64,000 nt of DNA from Elsinoe ampelina (lineage: Eukaryota), in NCBI GenBank assembly GCA_010093995.1, contig ML992501.1, positions 1,518,566 to 1,582,565 on the forward strand, given 5' to 3'. The notes beneath the pieces are model-generated. The model saw nothing but the letters and a program-made list of their open reading frames with translations. It was not told the origin of the DNA and made no database searches. The position numbers and the translations under genes were made by a program. Below are positions 33,813 to 48,000 of the stretch, piece by piece (the stretch's first letter is position 1; each line of letters opens with the position of its first letter).

Positions 33813-36800
33813 CTTGAACGGTAAGGTATAATTAGGTATTAGGTAACAAAGCAGGAATAGAGCCTGATGAGAGAAGTCTGTGCTGTCGACTCCAGTGTGA
33901 CTATATATCACCATAGCATATGTGACATGCACTTACATGGTACCTCGAATTCGAAGATCGTTCAATAGCAACGGCCGAACATCAGATCGTTGACGCCACC
34001 GGCTGACTCACCTTGTCAGTGGCCGGAGACTTGTGTCCACGCGGCATAGCCCATCTGTCCAGATCTATATTCACATGTGCAGTCCGGAAGGGCCTCGAAA
34101 AAGCATGGAACATCAGTATAGGGCCGTAGTACACGGCAAATCAAGCCCGGCGGGTAGATAGAAACGGGGTCAGGCAAACGGTGCCCGGGCCTTCCCCAGC
34201 CAGATGCAAATGCAGTATCGATTTGAGATCAACGGTCGACGGGATGGCTGTATATACATGTTCGGTCGAGGTAACGGTCAGAGTCTGGGCTTGTGGTTGT
34301 CCGTGTCTGGCTGCTTATTGGTGATTTTCTGCTCGTAAGGACCTAGAGACTTTCCGTCTGAGACTTGAGCAGTTCGGATCGATCGGACAAATCCTGCTTC
34401 TGTGAGAAAGACTTCTGTCAAATCCGTATGACCTTCTTCTCAACATGCTGAAGGAGATCAGAGATTAGGCAAGGCTGCCCGCGAGCATGAAGCATTGTTG
34501 ATGCCGCTTGCCACCACGTCAGATACTTCGCCTGGGCCGCTCTTGCGGTCAAGCAGACCACGCACGTCCTGCTTATCGGAATGTCCAGAAGTGAAAGGAG
34601 AGCTGCAGTGTGTCAATGGGAGGTGTACGGCGTTTGGGAGGAGCTGACCCCCAGCCATCAGATCATGCCGTTGACATACAGATGTTTGGTAGAAAAGAAC
34701 AGTTGGTCAAGGCAAAAGGAACATGGGGAAGTCGTTGACGGGAGACGTCCCGTTGCGAAACGGTCGCTGCCACAAACCCAAAAACAGCTTCACAACTCAA
34801 CATTTCACAAATTCGCAGCGCGGCATGAGTACAGGGTTTTCGGGTTTAAACTGGCCACTTTTTTTTTTTTTTTTTTTTTAAAATTCTATTTAGCCGACTA
34901 GCTGCTGTAAGGCGCCATGCAGCGTGTGTACTATATACTATCTCTACTCTAGTAATTAGGGCCTTTTACTGCCTCTGGATTATACAATCTAGTAGTTAGT
35001 AATAGAGAGCTAGGAGGACCTTCTATCTACCTTCTTTGCTAGGCCCTAATCTAGCCCTTAACAGTGTAAAGAAACTATCTAGTATAACCTGTAAATGTGC
35101 GCCTTATACTTTATCTTATACCTTAAATTGTTATATAAAAAGTGCTATATTAACTGCTCTAAACTAATCTAGGAGGTTTATTTACCTTATGAATTAAATA
35201 GCCCTATAGAAGTAAGCCCTTATGCCTACTAACTCTTACTAGGCTAGAGGCTATATAGTAGTACTCTAGACATCTACGTAGATGTCTCTATAGATATAGT
35301 ACTTAGTAAGTATATAGTGTACTAACTAAGAAGCTCTACTATATTTATAGGCTTTAGTATCTACTCTTTTAATAGAAAAAAGATAGTTATTTAGTCTAAT
35401 ATACCTAGTGTATAGTTAGATACTAACTAAAGAGAGAGGTTTTAGTAGGCTAGTATATAGAGAGAGACTTTACTTACTATTAATAGTGCTAAGTACTTAA
35501 TATAATACTCTCCCTATATCGCTAACGTTCTAAAGGTATTACTATTTGTCCTTAATAGCTTAGTTAAATGTTCTTATTACTACAGTAATAAGAGTATATA
35601 GCTAGTAAGTCTTTAGGCTATTAGAGTTAAGAGCTACTTCTTTAGCTAGCTTATTAATAGCTTCGTTGCCCTTAACGCTCTTATAGCCTAGTATCTAGCG
35701 GATTTTAACCTCTATACCGTACTATACGAGGTGCTAGTAAAGCCTAATAATTCTCCTAATTAGGTACTATACTATCTTTTACCTAGGTCTCTTAACTAAC
35801 TATATTATAGCCTAGTTATTAGTAAAGACAGTAATCTTATATACCTCTTACACTAGAGGCCTATTAACCTCGACTATTAGTTCTAGTACGAGGTAGATGT
35901 CTTATAGCTCTACTACGTAGATGTTACTACTCTAGTTCGTGCCTATATAGTGTTTACTAAGCTATTCCCTCGAGGGGATCTAAGCTATAGCTCCTACTTT
36001 GCCTTATATCTTAGAGCTATCTAAGTACGTAATAATATAGCTAGAGTTACCTCTACTAGTCCGTACTACTTTATTATGTTCCTAGATAGCGTCCTTAATT
36101 ATATTAGTAATATAGGTACCTAGTAGTACCTACTATAGGTCGATAGCCTCTATAACGTAGTCTTCTAGAGAGGAAAGTCTAGGGGGTATAATTTTAGCAG
36201 CGTAGATCTCTAGCTTATATAGTAGTACTTTAAGGTATAATCTCGTGTCTCTAGTATCTCTAATAGCTTAGAGTTCTACGTGCTAGAGTAACCCCTTTAG
36301 GTAGAGTATAGTAGATAGTAGTAGGCGCTATAGGTAGAGGTCTATAGATAAGACCCCTAGCTCCGCCTATAGCGTAGCTACTACTATAGTGCGTAACGCC
36401 TCTAATATAAGCACTAGAGCCTTATACTATAGCTAGGATAGCGTACGTACTATAGTAGTTTTAGCTCCCCTATAGCTAAATCCGCTAAAGGGAATAACTT
36501 AGGTACTATAGCTATAGATTATCTTAGGGAGTACTATAGCGTAGTATAGCTACCTTATTTACCTAAGAGAGATCCCCTAGGTTAAGGCTACTATACTAGT
36601 TAGTACTCTAATCTACTTAGTTACTCTACTTCTAACGTGTTCTAGGTATACTCTACTATTAAGCTAGGGGTCTAGAATAACGCCGAGGTGCCTATAAGCC
36701 TAGCTAGGCCTAATAGTAATAGCGGCGCTACCTTTAGTCTCGATATTAAGTAGCCTATTCGCTTTTTTCTACTCTAGTACGCGCTATCCCCTATAGAAGA

Positions 36801-39800
36801 AGTAAATTATCTTATACTTTATAGGGGCAAAGACTAACGCGTAGGTACGTGCCTACTTATTAGCTTCGCTAATTACCCTCTAGATAGAGGCAATAGTATC
36901 TACTATAGTAGCTCTAGTAGTAAGGAGACTTACGTTATTAATGTACTCTATATTGTCTATCTTACCTTATTCGATCTCTAGTAGGTCTATATTATAGAAG
37001 TAGTAAAGGATTAGGAATAGAAGGGAGCCTTATAGAATGCTAGTGTTAATCTCGTACTACTTCTAAAGTCCTTTCTACATTTTTAACTATAACTATTAGC
37101 TCTATAGCTAGCTTACTAGCTAGCTAACAATTAGAGAGTTAATTCTACATTTCTAGAGGTTATAGGGTAGTCGCTAGTAGAAGACATTATCGAATGCCTC
37201 TAACATGTTAAGCATTAGAAGTATAGTAATCTTACTCTATTACTAGGCCGCGTAGATCTATTTAGTAATAAGATAGAGAGTATACTTTATGCCTCTACCT
37301 CTCCTACTACTATAGTAGCTAAACGGTAGAAAAGAGAACCTCTCTATAGCTACTAATATTCTTCTAGCTACTATAACGTCTATTAGCTTACTAATAGTAT
37401 TAAGAAGGGCTATTAAGTAATAGCTCTTTACCTAGGAGTAGTCTAATTTACCCGGCTTATAGAGTATAACTATTATAGATTAGTAGAAGTGCTATAGGTT
37501 ACACCCTAGTTATAGCCTTATAGGTAGGCGTTAAAGATCCTTATAAGTAGGCTAGCTACTAAGTCTATTACTAGTTTATATACTCGGTTTAGTATCTAAT
37601 CTAGTCCTAGTGTATTATCTACCTTTATACCTTATATTACCTCTCTTACCTTACGCTTAACTATATTAGGGCACTTAGTAGAGTCGGGATAGTAGAACTC
37701 CTCGATGTTAGTAAGGTCTACCTCTAGTAGTGCTAGCGTAAAGACCTACTAGAGGATAGTAGCCTTAGTTACTATATCTAACTAGGGGTTACTCTATCTA
37801 TTATAGATCGCTAGGGTAAAGTCTAGTTAAATAGTACTATAGTTATTAACCTATTTACTAAGTTTCTAGAGGTAGTTAGGTTCTATAACTTAGAATACCC
37901 TATCCCTATAGTAGTTATAGAGTACTCTAGTAACAATAGACTTCTTATAGCGTATAGCGAGCTAGTATTAGATATAGTCTTCTAGGTTCTATGTCCTCTA
38001 CTAGCGCCTCTATACCGTCTTTACCTCCTATACCGCCTCTATATATTTCTAGTTCTAGCTCTATCTAGACTTACTATAGATTCTACTCTTTAGTATAGTC
38101 TACTCTACTACCTCCTCTACCGCCTATACGATCTAGTAGACTACTTCGTTAACATTGGCTATGTTATTAATTAGCCTATCTAAATCGAGGCCTATAAGCA
38201 TTTTCTAGAAGGCTAGGACGTTAGCCTTCTTCTAGTACTGCCTATTCTCTACTACTCGGAGTATAGAGTTAAAGTCGAGTACTATAATAATAGGTAGATA
38301 GTTCGATTATAGGTTATACTTCCTAGAGATGTTATATTTAATAAAGCGTTCTATAATTCGTTCTAATACAAATACTAAGTCTAGCGTTAAACTATACTAT
38401 AGTTATAAAGCTACCTCTACTAGTCTAGTAATAGTACCTAGCCTAAGGTATAGGTAGGGGTAGTATCGTTCGAATATATCCTCTACTAGGTAGTTAGCGG
38501 CCCTAGTAGTTCGTTCGTCTCGGTCTATACCTCTAGTCTATAGGTAGTAGTAGAGGTTAAAGTCCCTAAGAATAAGATATTCTTAGTTAGGCCTACCTAC
38601 TAATTCTACCTCGAGTTTAACAAGTAGGCTATAGGCTTTAAGGAAGCCTATATTGTTCCCCCTTATACTAGTGCTAGTATAGGGGGAGTTATACATATTA
38701 TAGATATATAGCTAGGTAGGGGTGCCGTTTATATAGTAGATAACTTAAAGGATAAAGTATTCTTTAGCTATATAAACTAGTAAGAGGTATTATTTCGAAA
38801 TCTACTTATTAATAAAGAAGTAGACTTTAGAGCTCTCTTATAAGTAAACTAGCTAAAAGTCTTACTTAAGTAGATAGTAAGTTATAGTAGCGTATCTATT
38901 ATAGTAGAGGTCCTAGATTATAATAATATTAAAACTCGTAATATTCGGCATACTAAATAGTAGAGCTATTACTTCGTCCTTAGACCCCCTAATGTTATAC
39001 TATATAATTTTAAGTCCTTTTAGTATGCTATTTATTAATTAACTTACTAGCCTTCTTCTACGTAGGCTTTATCTACTAGAGCGACTTATATAGCTTCGAC
39101 TCGTCTATAGATAAGAATAGATTAGAGCTAAGGTTATTGTTCTCTATATCCTATATATTAATATTAAGTATATTGTCTACGTCGGCCTATAGTTAAACTA
39201 TTTTAGTAGCAGCAATAGAGGTAATATCTAGGTTAGTAAAGACATTAAAGGTAGCCTTTTTTGCTCTTAAGTTGCTACTAATTTCCTTTAGTAGGTCTAA
39301 GTACGTCCTCTTCTACTCTCTAATCTCTAATTTAGTATAGGTTTTACTCTTACTCTTTTCCTTTAAGCTAGGGGAGTAGGATTAGTTATCTCTAGCCTTA
39401 GAGCGGCCCTTTAAAGCGCGCTAGAACTTCTTAAATTATACTATCTAGAAGTCTTCTTCTTAGGACGTCTTAGTCGCTAGGTTAGAGATACTCTCCTATA
39501 AGAGAGTAAGTTTAGAGGTTAGAATAGAGTTACTCTATCCTAACCTTAATAGTATTTTAGACACTAGCGAGGTAAGATCTAACGCTAGCTCTAGCTAGAA
39601 GAGCTTTATTATAGCTAGAGCCTTTATCTATTCTATCTTTATCTTTTCTTCCTATTTAAACTTATATATAGTTACCTATATATAATATTTACTATAGTAG
39701 CGGCAGTATAAGGGCTTACTATCGTTAGCTTCTATAGTATAGGCGTTAATATTATATTTAGTGCTAGCGCACTTACTATATGTTTCGGGATTAATATATT

Positions 39801-40752
39801 AGGTTCTAATATAGCTATATTAGTAGCACTTTAGACATTGTTTAATCTAGTAGCTATATAGGTACCTTTCGGTCCTATACTTACTACTATTCTAAGTAAT
39901 CTACTAAGCTATAATTACCCTGTTTACGTCCTTAGATTTAGTAAATTCTACTACTAAGGTAGAAGCTTTCTTCTCTTTACTAAACTTAGTAAGCTAGTAA
40001 ATATACTTAATAACTATATTACCTATAATAAGCAAGTTTTCGGCGCAGAGCTAGGCTACTATCCCTACTTAATCGGCTAGATTAACTGTCCGAACGGGGA
40101 CCTAGTAGAGGATAGCACTAAAGGTAGATATAATAACTATAGCTAAAGGCCTTAGGCTTTTAGCCTACTCGCTATACTAGGGTTACTTAAGAAGCTTAGC
40201 TTTCCTAGCGGTAGTAGTAAAGAACTAGAGGTCTCTAGACTTAAGTATATATACTAACTATAGCTTAGTACCTTATACTATAGGCTCTATCTTTGCTAGT
40301 TACTTATTAGCTATTTCTAGAAGTTCCTTTTAGAGGTTAGCTATTCTATTCCCTAGTCGCTAGGTATACGCTAATTGCGCGTTATTTAGCTTAATAATAA
40401 GCTACCTAGCTAATAGGTAAAAGGTGTCCCTAGCTAGCTAAGATCCTAATAGTAGCGAGCTAAGGGATAGTAGTAATTCTTAAGGGCTAGAAGCTACTAT
40501 TTCGGCCTACGTCTTAGTAGTCTATTTAAATAGGGCAGCGGTGAATTATAATGTTTTAATGTCCTTATAGATAGATTCTAGCTTTATTTCGATATTCTTT
40601 ATTAATAGTTAAATTAAGACCTTATAGAGGTAGCTAATAATAGAAGATAATAGCTTCTAAAAGACTTTAAATAAAATAGCTTACCCTTTTATTTTCCTAA
40701 TAGAAATAGTATAGTAGTTAATAGAATTAATGTCCTATTTAATTCTAGAAGC

Positions 40753-40955
40753 TGTTAAGAATATAGCTCTCTCTAGATAATTAGGCTATAAAGTTATATA
40801 ACCTTAAGTTATATAATGCTAAGGCCTAGAGATTTATAGCTGTTCTTTCTTCTAGTAGATAGACTCCTTTTAATCAATTAACTCGTCTATTACCTAACTA
40901 GTGTACGATTAGTTCTATATAATATTCTACTCCTAAACGTGCCTTCTACTTAACA
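40753..40955 (+). repeat. Copia 5' LTR
   Basis: TG...CA ends; near-identical direct repeat at 51853-52055. Confidence 0.92.
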
Positions 40956-43900
40956 GGTTATAAGCCTAGAGCTATAGCACAAGTATAGGATTATATATAC
41001 CGTAGTTAAGTATCTACGTTATTAAAATTAGGCCGGATTCTATTAGTATTCTCCTCCGTTCCCTCTCTATTATCTTAATCTTAGATAGATTAGTAGAGGC
41101 AGTATAAAGTGTAAAAGACTAGTTACTTAGTACATTAAGTAGGATATAATTAAGACGTCTACTATAGATTTATTTCTATAATTGTATAATAGCTACTATT
41201 TATTAGCTATAAATAACTAAACAACTTTGTTTTTATTAATTGTTTCTTCTAAGGCTAAGCTAGCCTTATTAACTATATTAACTTAAAGGTTATTAACCTC
41301 TAGAACTTAACCTTTATCTATTTATTTAATTTTTATTCTCCGCTATAGATATATTATTAATTAGAAAGCCTATAGCTAAACTTAGCTATAAAAACTACAA
41401 GCACTAGTTTAGTATAATAAAATTATAGCTTAAGATAAAAGAAGTTACCTATATCTTTAATAATAATATAGCTAATCTTAATTTACTATTATTATTAATA
41501 GCTTCTTTATTAAATATACTATCCTCCTTAACTACCTCTATACTAATTACTTAGTCCTAGTATTTACTATAGACTAGAAAGGCTAATATCTTTTATCTAT
41601 ACTAGATTAAGCTTTATATTAACTATAAGAATAACCTTCTTATCTAAGGCAAGATAAGAGTAAGGTAGGTATAGAATATACTTAAGGCTAAATATACTAA
41701 GAGGCTTATATCTATAGGTAGGTAGCTTATAAAGGAGTTCTCTAACTATACTATATTAGAGGAGACCTCTATTATAGAAGCCTAGGTATATCTAACTTAG
41801 CTAGTAAGAAGGATTATCTATATTATACCTAAAGCTAGGTAGATAGAACTCCCTATTACTAAGCTATAGTAACTTCTTAGTACTCTCCTAGAATCTTAGT
41901 AATCTATTAGAGATAGTATCGATATCTAGCCTAGGCTAGATATTAAAACTATCCTAAGTATTCTAAGAGAGAAAGAGAATTAGAGGAAGAAGCTAGATAT
42001 AGTAATATTTATAAGAGGTAGACTATAATAAGGAACTAGTAGGAGCTTAAGCTATATATATATCTTATATAAGGAACCTAGATATACTATTTCTAGGTGT
42101 CCTTGTCTCTAATAAGCTAAGAAGTATATCTAGCTATTCTATAGAGTTACTAAAAGGAGTAGCTCTATAAGGAAATAGTTACCTAAATATTAGGAACTAA
42201 TTAGACTTATAAGGTAGCTTACTAAGAGGATAGACTCTCTTAAAGTAGCTAAGTTAAAGAGGAAAGGTAAAGCCTATCTAGCTACTAAAGGAGGTCTATT
42301 ATTAATATCTCTATCTCTACTACTAGAAGTCCTTTCTAGTAATAAAGAGCTTAAGACTACAGGTTCTATATTAGAGGTTTAAGGGGCCTATTAAGCAAGA
42401 TTCGTACTTAATAGATCTAGGTTAGGGGGGGTTACCTTTAGTTATAGTTAATAGGAACTATAGTTATTAAGACTAAGAAGGGAGATAAGATAAAGGTATA
42501 GGCTCTTTATATACCTAATCTTAGTATAAATTTAGTCTCCTATTATAAGCTATACTCGGATTTAGAGGTTTCTAGAGTTCTTAATTTAAATTCTTTTCTT
42601 ATCCTTAATTAGTAGAAGTAACTATTACTTAAAGCTAGAATTTAAGGGGGAGTATATATTATCTAATTCCTCTTTAAGTAATTAGCTAATTAAAAGCCGT
42701 ATTCTAGATCTAAGCCCAGCTTAATTCTAGATCTAGCTAATTAGGATTTAGTATTCCTTACTACCTAGCCTATAATTATATTATAGACTAAGTATATATA
42801 TCTAACCTAGGATAAGTAATAAGAGAATCTTATTAACTTAGGACCTAATAACTCTAAGATAGAGTATTAGCTCTAGTATAGGAGATTTACTTACCTTAGG
42901 ATTAAGAAGCTTAAGGATCTTTATAAAGTTATAACTCTTAAGAAACCTATTAACTTAAACTATAATCTATCTATTCTATATAAGGTCTATTCCCTTATAA
43001 AGATAAGAAATAGAAGAGGTAAAACCTTATAAAAAAGACCTAAGGTTCTTTAGCTTATCTATATAGATATCTATAGTCCTATTAAAGTAAGTAAGGAAGG
43101 ATTTAGATACTTCCTTAAGCTTATAGATAGCTACTTAAGAATAATATAGATTATACTACTTAAGATAAGAGATAAAGCCCTATAAAGGCTTATTAAGTAA
43201 AAGCTAAGAGTTAAGAAGGAGAGTAATACTAAGGTTAAGGTTACTAGATTAGATAATACTAGTAAACTTAATAAGATCCTAAAGTAGTAAAAGCACTAAG
43301 AAGACATCTATTACATAACTACTAAGCTATATAATTTAATTTAGAATAGACTAGTAGAGAAAGGTATCTAAACCTTAGAGAATAGTATAAGAGCAATACT
43401 TAAGGACTTAAAGATGCTAAATAAGTTCTAGCCTAAAGTAGTTTAGGTAGATATATATCTAAGGAATAAGATAGTAACTAGACCTATAATTAATAATAAG
43501 TAAGTTATATCTATTAAGGCCTATATAGGCATTAAGCTATTAGTTAATTATATTAAGGTCTAGAGCTATAAGGTATATACCTATATAAACCTAAAGTTCC
43601 TTTCTATATATAGAAGAAAAGATAAGCTTATAGACAGAGAGAGAGTAGAAGTATTCCTTAGCTATATAGATAGATCTAATAGGATATATAAGATATAGGC
43701 ACCTAATAGGAAGGTAGTAATTATATTACTAAATATTAAATTCTCTAAGTTTAAGAAAGGTAGTAATATTAATCTTAGTATTAGAATTAATACTATAAGT
43801 AATTAAGTACTAGTTAGGAGACTAGTTAGTAGACTAACTTAGATTTAGACTAAGGTTAGATCTAGAATAGACTAACTAAATTAGCCTATTTAGAATAAAG

Positions 43901-44422
43901 TACCTATAGGGAGAATCTTCTTACACATTAAGATCCTAAGAGTTAACCCTATTAACCTTATAGATTTCTAACATAGAAAAGAGCTAATAGTTTAATCTTT
44001 ACTAACTAACTATATAAGTTAATTACTTAAAAGATTAAGAGATAATAACTCTAATAATAAAGGCCCTAAAGCTAAGCACTATAGAGCTTTTATTACTAAG
44101 TATATTAATTAGTAAGATAAGGTTAATAAGATTACTATAATGGCCTCTATTAAGTAATATGTCCTAATCCTAAGGGACTACTATAAGGCTATTACTAATC
44201 TAGTATAGGGAAGTAAATAGTAGAAAGTAATTAATATAGAGCTTAATACTCTATACTTAAATAATATATAGAAAGAGGTTATTCCTCTAAAGGGATCTAA
44301 CTTAGTAACATCTAAATAGGTCTTTAATATTAAGTATAACATAGATAGCTCTATTAAAAAGTTTAAGGCTAGACTAGTTACTAGAGGCTTCTTATAGAAG
44401 TATAGTATTAACTATAAAGACA

Positions 44423-44657
44423 NNNNNNNNNNNNNNNNNNNNNNNNNNNNNNNNNNNNNNNNNNNNNNNNNNNNNNNNNNNNNNNNNNNNNNNNNNNNNN
44501 NNNNNNNNNNNNNNNNNNNNNNNNNNNNNNNNNNNNNNNNNNNNNNNNNNNNNNNNNNNNNNNNNNNNNNNNNNNNNNNNNNNNNNNNNNNNNNNNNNNN
44601 NNNNNNNNNNNNNNNNNNNNNNNNNNNNNNNNNNNNNNNNNNNNNNNNNNNNNNNNN
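44423..44657. other. Assembly gap (235 N) within the Copia RT
   Basis: Run of N. Confidence 0.99.
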
Positions 44658-45007
44658 GTTATAAGGGATAGACAATAAGGCACCTTAAGACTTAATTAAA
44701 CCTACTATATAGATAATATACTATAGAGGCTTAATATAACCTCTAATAAGGTTACTCTAATAAAGTAGCTAATAGACAATAAGCTTCCTTAAAGAGCTTA
44801 GGAAGATAATATAAAGTATAGTAGAACTAAGTACTTATATACTATTAGAAGCTAGATATACCTTAGTACCCTAATAAGGCTAGATACTACCTTTGCCTTA
44901 GGAAGGCTAAGTTAGTTTATAGTAGATCTAATAGATAGTTATACTATTAAAATAAAGAGAATATTAAGATATATTAGATTAACTAAAGATCTTAGTATTG
45001 TATTTAG

Positions 45008-48000
45008 TAATTACAACTAGTAAGATAAGAGGTTAATTACGTCTATTTATTAAGATATTAAGACTTAGAAGAAGAAGAAGAAAAGCTAGTATATAAAGCA
45101 CATATAATATCGAGAGTAAAGTAGCTAGAAGCCTAGGCTATAATACTAAGATTACGTAACTAATCTAAACTAGTTCCTAACTAAATCTAGTTCGTATCTA
45201 TCTCGTATTACTACTCTCTCTCTTAAGCGCGTTTACTCTTAAACACTATTATACATTATTTATTAATCTATTTCGGTCTTAGCTTATCTATATAAGAGTC
45301 TAGATAGTCGCGTAGTACGTTAGCTACTCCTTTAAGGTTGTTAATTAGCTACTAGATAAGATTCTCTAGATAGCTCTTCTAGCTTATATAAGTAACTAGC
45401 TTCCCTTATAGTATATATATGTTAATTACGTTATCTACCTTATACTCTTCCTTACTATCGATCTCTACTAGAGGTAGTTCCTTAAAGGCTTAGCCTAGTA
45501 GAGAGTTATTCGGGTACTTAGTAAGAAGGTTAGCGTAGAACATAGAGTAAATCCTTTATAGAGTAGCTAGTAGATCGAGCTTATATACTAATAGCGACTG
45601 TTTTTCGAGGATCTTATAAGAACTAACATACTTTAGTAGTAGCTTTAGATTACTCTATAGCCGAAGGTTTTTTGTTAATAACTACACTAAATCGCTAGCT
45701 TCGAACTCTATTAGCTAGTAGTGTTTGTTAGCTTACTCTACTATTCGTAACTAAGCGATAGTAAGGTTAGCTTTAGTAATAGTAAGGGCTTCTTCTAGTT
45801 GTTTAGTAAGCGCGCGAATTTCGGCCTTATTAAGCTTAGCTCTTATTAATAGTACGTCGGTAGAGAGCTAGAAGCTTATTCTTAGCTTATATTCTCTAGT
45901 TACCTTAAATAGTAATAGCTTAGTACTTTCCGAGGGGTTAGCGTTTATAGAGAACTCTATAACTAGTAGAACAAGGGTCTAATTACTAAACTGTGTTATA
46001 TAGAATCGAATAACTCGTTTAAACTCTTAGTTTATAACTTCTAATTAGCTATCTATTTAAGGGTAGCTAGCGGTAGATAGCTTAGCTATAATCTTTAGAA
46101 TCTAGTAGAGTCTCTTCTATACGTCGCTAACGAACTAAGAGCTATAGTTAGAGGTAATACTATCTAGTAGGCTATATAGTTTCTATACGTAGAAGAATAA
46201 TAGCTTAGCTATCTCGAATATAGAGGTTCCTTCTTCTCTCTAGAAGTAAGAGATTAAGTGTCGCTTCTTAGACAAGCGATCGACAATATATAGCACTATA
46301 TTATAGTTATCTACTAGAGGTAGGCTAGTAACGAAGTCTATAGTAATATGTTACTAAGGCCTTACTAGAATAGGTAATAGCGATAGGAGGCTAGCTAGTA
46401 AGCTATAGCGAGCCTTTAAGCGCTTATAGTTGTAATAGTTAGCTACGAATCTCTTAACAAAGTTGTTATAGCTTAATATATAAAAGGTAGTCTTAATTAT
46501 AGTAGCCGTTTTAGTAGCTCCTCTATATATATAGTTCTTCGATATATAGACTTCTTAGATAACCTTTATAGCTATTAACTACAGTATAAATAGTTAGCTA
46601 GCAACCTATAATATCCCTTTATTAATAGTAACATCGCTCGATAGTAGCTATTTCCTCTTTAGGAAGGCCTCTATTATATAGTAGATGCCTCTAACTATTT
46701 TACACTTAGCGTCTTATAAGTTAGCTTTAGCTACTTCTTCGAAAAGGGGTAAAGGTTCTTCCGCGACTAAGATAGGTACTACGTAGATACCTAGTTTAGC
46801 AGCCGAAATAGGCACTAATATAGGTAGCGAAATAGGAGGCAAAATCGGTAGCGAACTAGATAGCGAACTAGTCTATAAACTAGATACTAAACTAGATCTT
46901 AGTTCGGCTTAGATTAGTAATCTAGTTTAGATGCGACCTAGATTTAGTTCGTCGATAATGTACTAATCTAGCACCTTATATAGTAGTAGTGTCTAGCGTA
47001 GATTAGAGTCTTCTCTTAAACGTAGTATATCTCTATTCCTTCTCGTAAGTATATTAGCCTTACTATTAGTAGCGCTAGGCCTATATATAATCTTAAAGTT
47101 AAACTACGCGAGGTAGAGGGCCTAGCGTACTTAGCGGCGTAATAGCTTCTAAGTCTTTATAAAGTGCATTAAGAATTAGTAGTTAGTAAGGATATAGATA
47201 GCCTTATTAAATTAAGTACTTATAAGCTTAGGGGCCTATTCCTTAAAGGCTTAGATAATTACTAGTAGTTCCTTGTCGTAGATAGCGTAGTTATATTCGG
47301 CTTTATTTATAGATTTACTAAAAAAGGTAATAGGCCGAAGAATGTTAGACTTATCGTATTATAATAGAATTCTAGCAGTAGTAGTATCGGAGGCGTTAGT
47401 CTTAAGGACTATCTACTTCGAGCGATCGAAATACATAAGGATAGGCGTACTTATAATAGTGTACTTTATGTAGTTAAATACAGTAGTATACTTATCGTTC
47501 TATAGTATAGTATCCTTCTTAAGAAGATTATTTAGTAGCTTAGCGATAGTACTAAATCCCTTAATAAAGTAGCAATAGTAGCTATAGAAACTAATAAAGC
47601 TTCTTACCTAAGTAGTGTTACTAGGAGCTAGCTATTTCTAGGCTTATATAGCTTCTATCTTCTTTAGATCTATTTTAACTCTATCTCGGCCAATAATAAT
47701 ACTAAGATACTTTACCTCTATTAGGTAGAACTTACTCTTCTTAATATTAGCGTTTAGGCCTAATTCGTAGAGCCTCTAGAGTACTAGCTTAATATACTTA
47801 GCATACTCTCGGTAGGAGCCGTTTATATAGATAAGAATATTATCTAGGTAGATCGACACAAAGCACTCTAGTATATTAACAAAGTTATAATTTATAAACC
47901 TCTACTAGACTATAGGGGCATTAGTAAGGCCGAATAGTATTACTAGCTACTTAAAGTTGCCTATATATATAGAGAATATAGTAAGATCTTTACTATCGAT

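Noticed and set aside
33813..33932. N-terminal extension of the 663-aa ORF
   Set aside because: Non-ATG start spanning TATA-like and 5' UTR sequence; the signal-peptide-like sequence begins at 33812.
34832..34850. Telomere-like repeat (AGGGTTTTCGGGTTT)
   Set aside because: Not a tandem TTAGGG array; it is the transposon TIR.
44408..44683. ORFs made of X residues
   Set aside because: Artefacts of the N gap.
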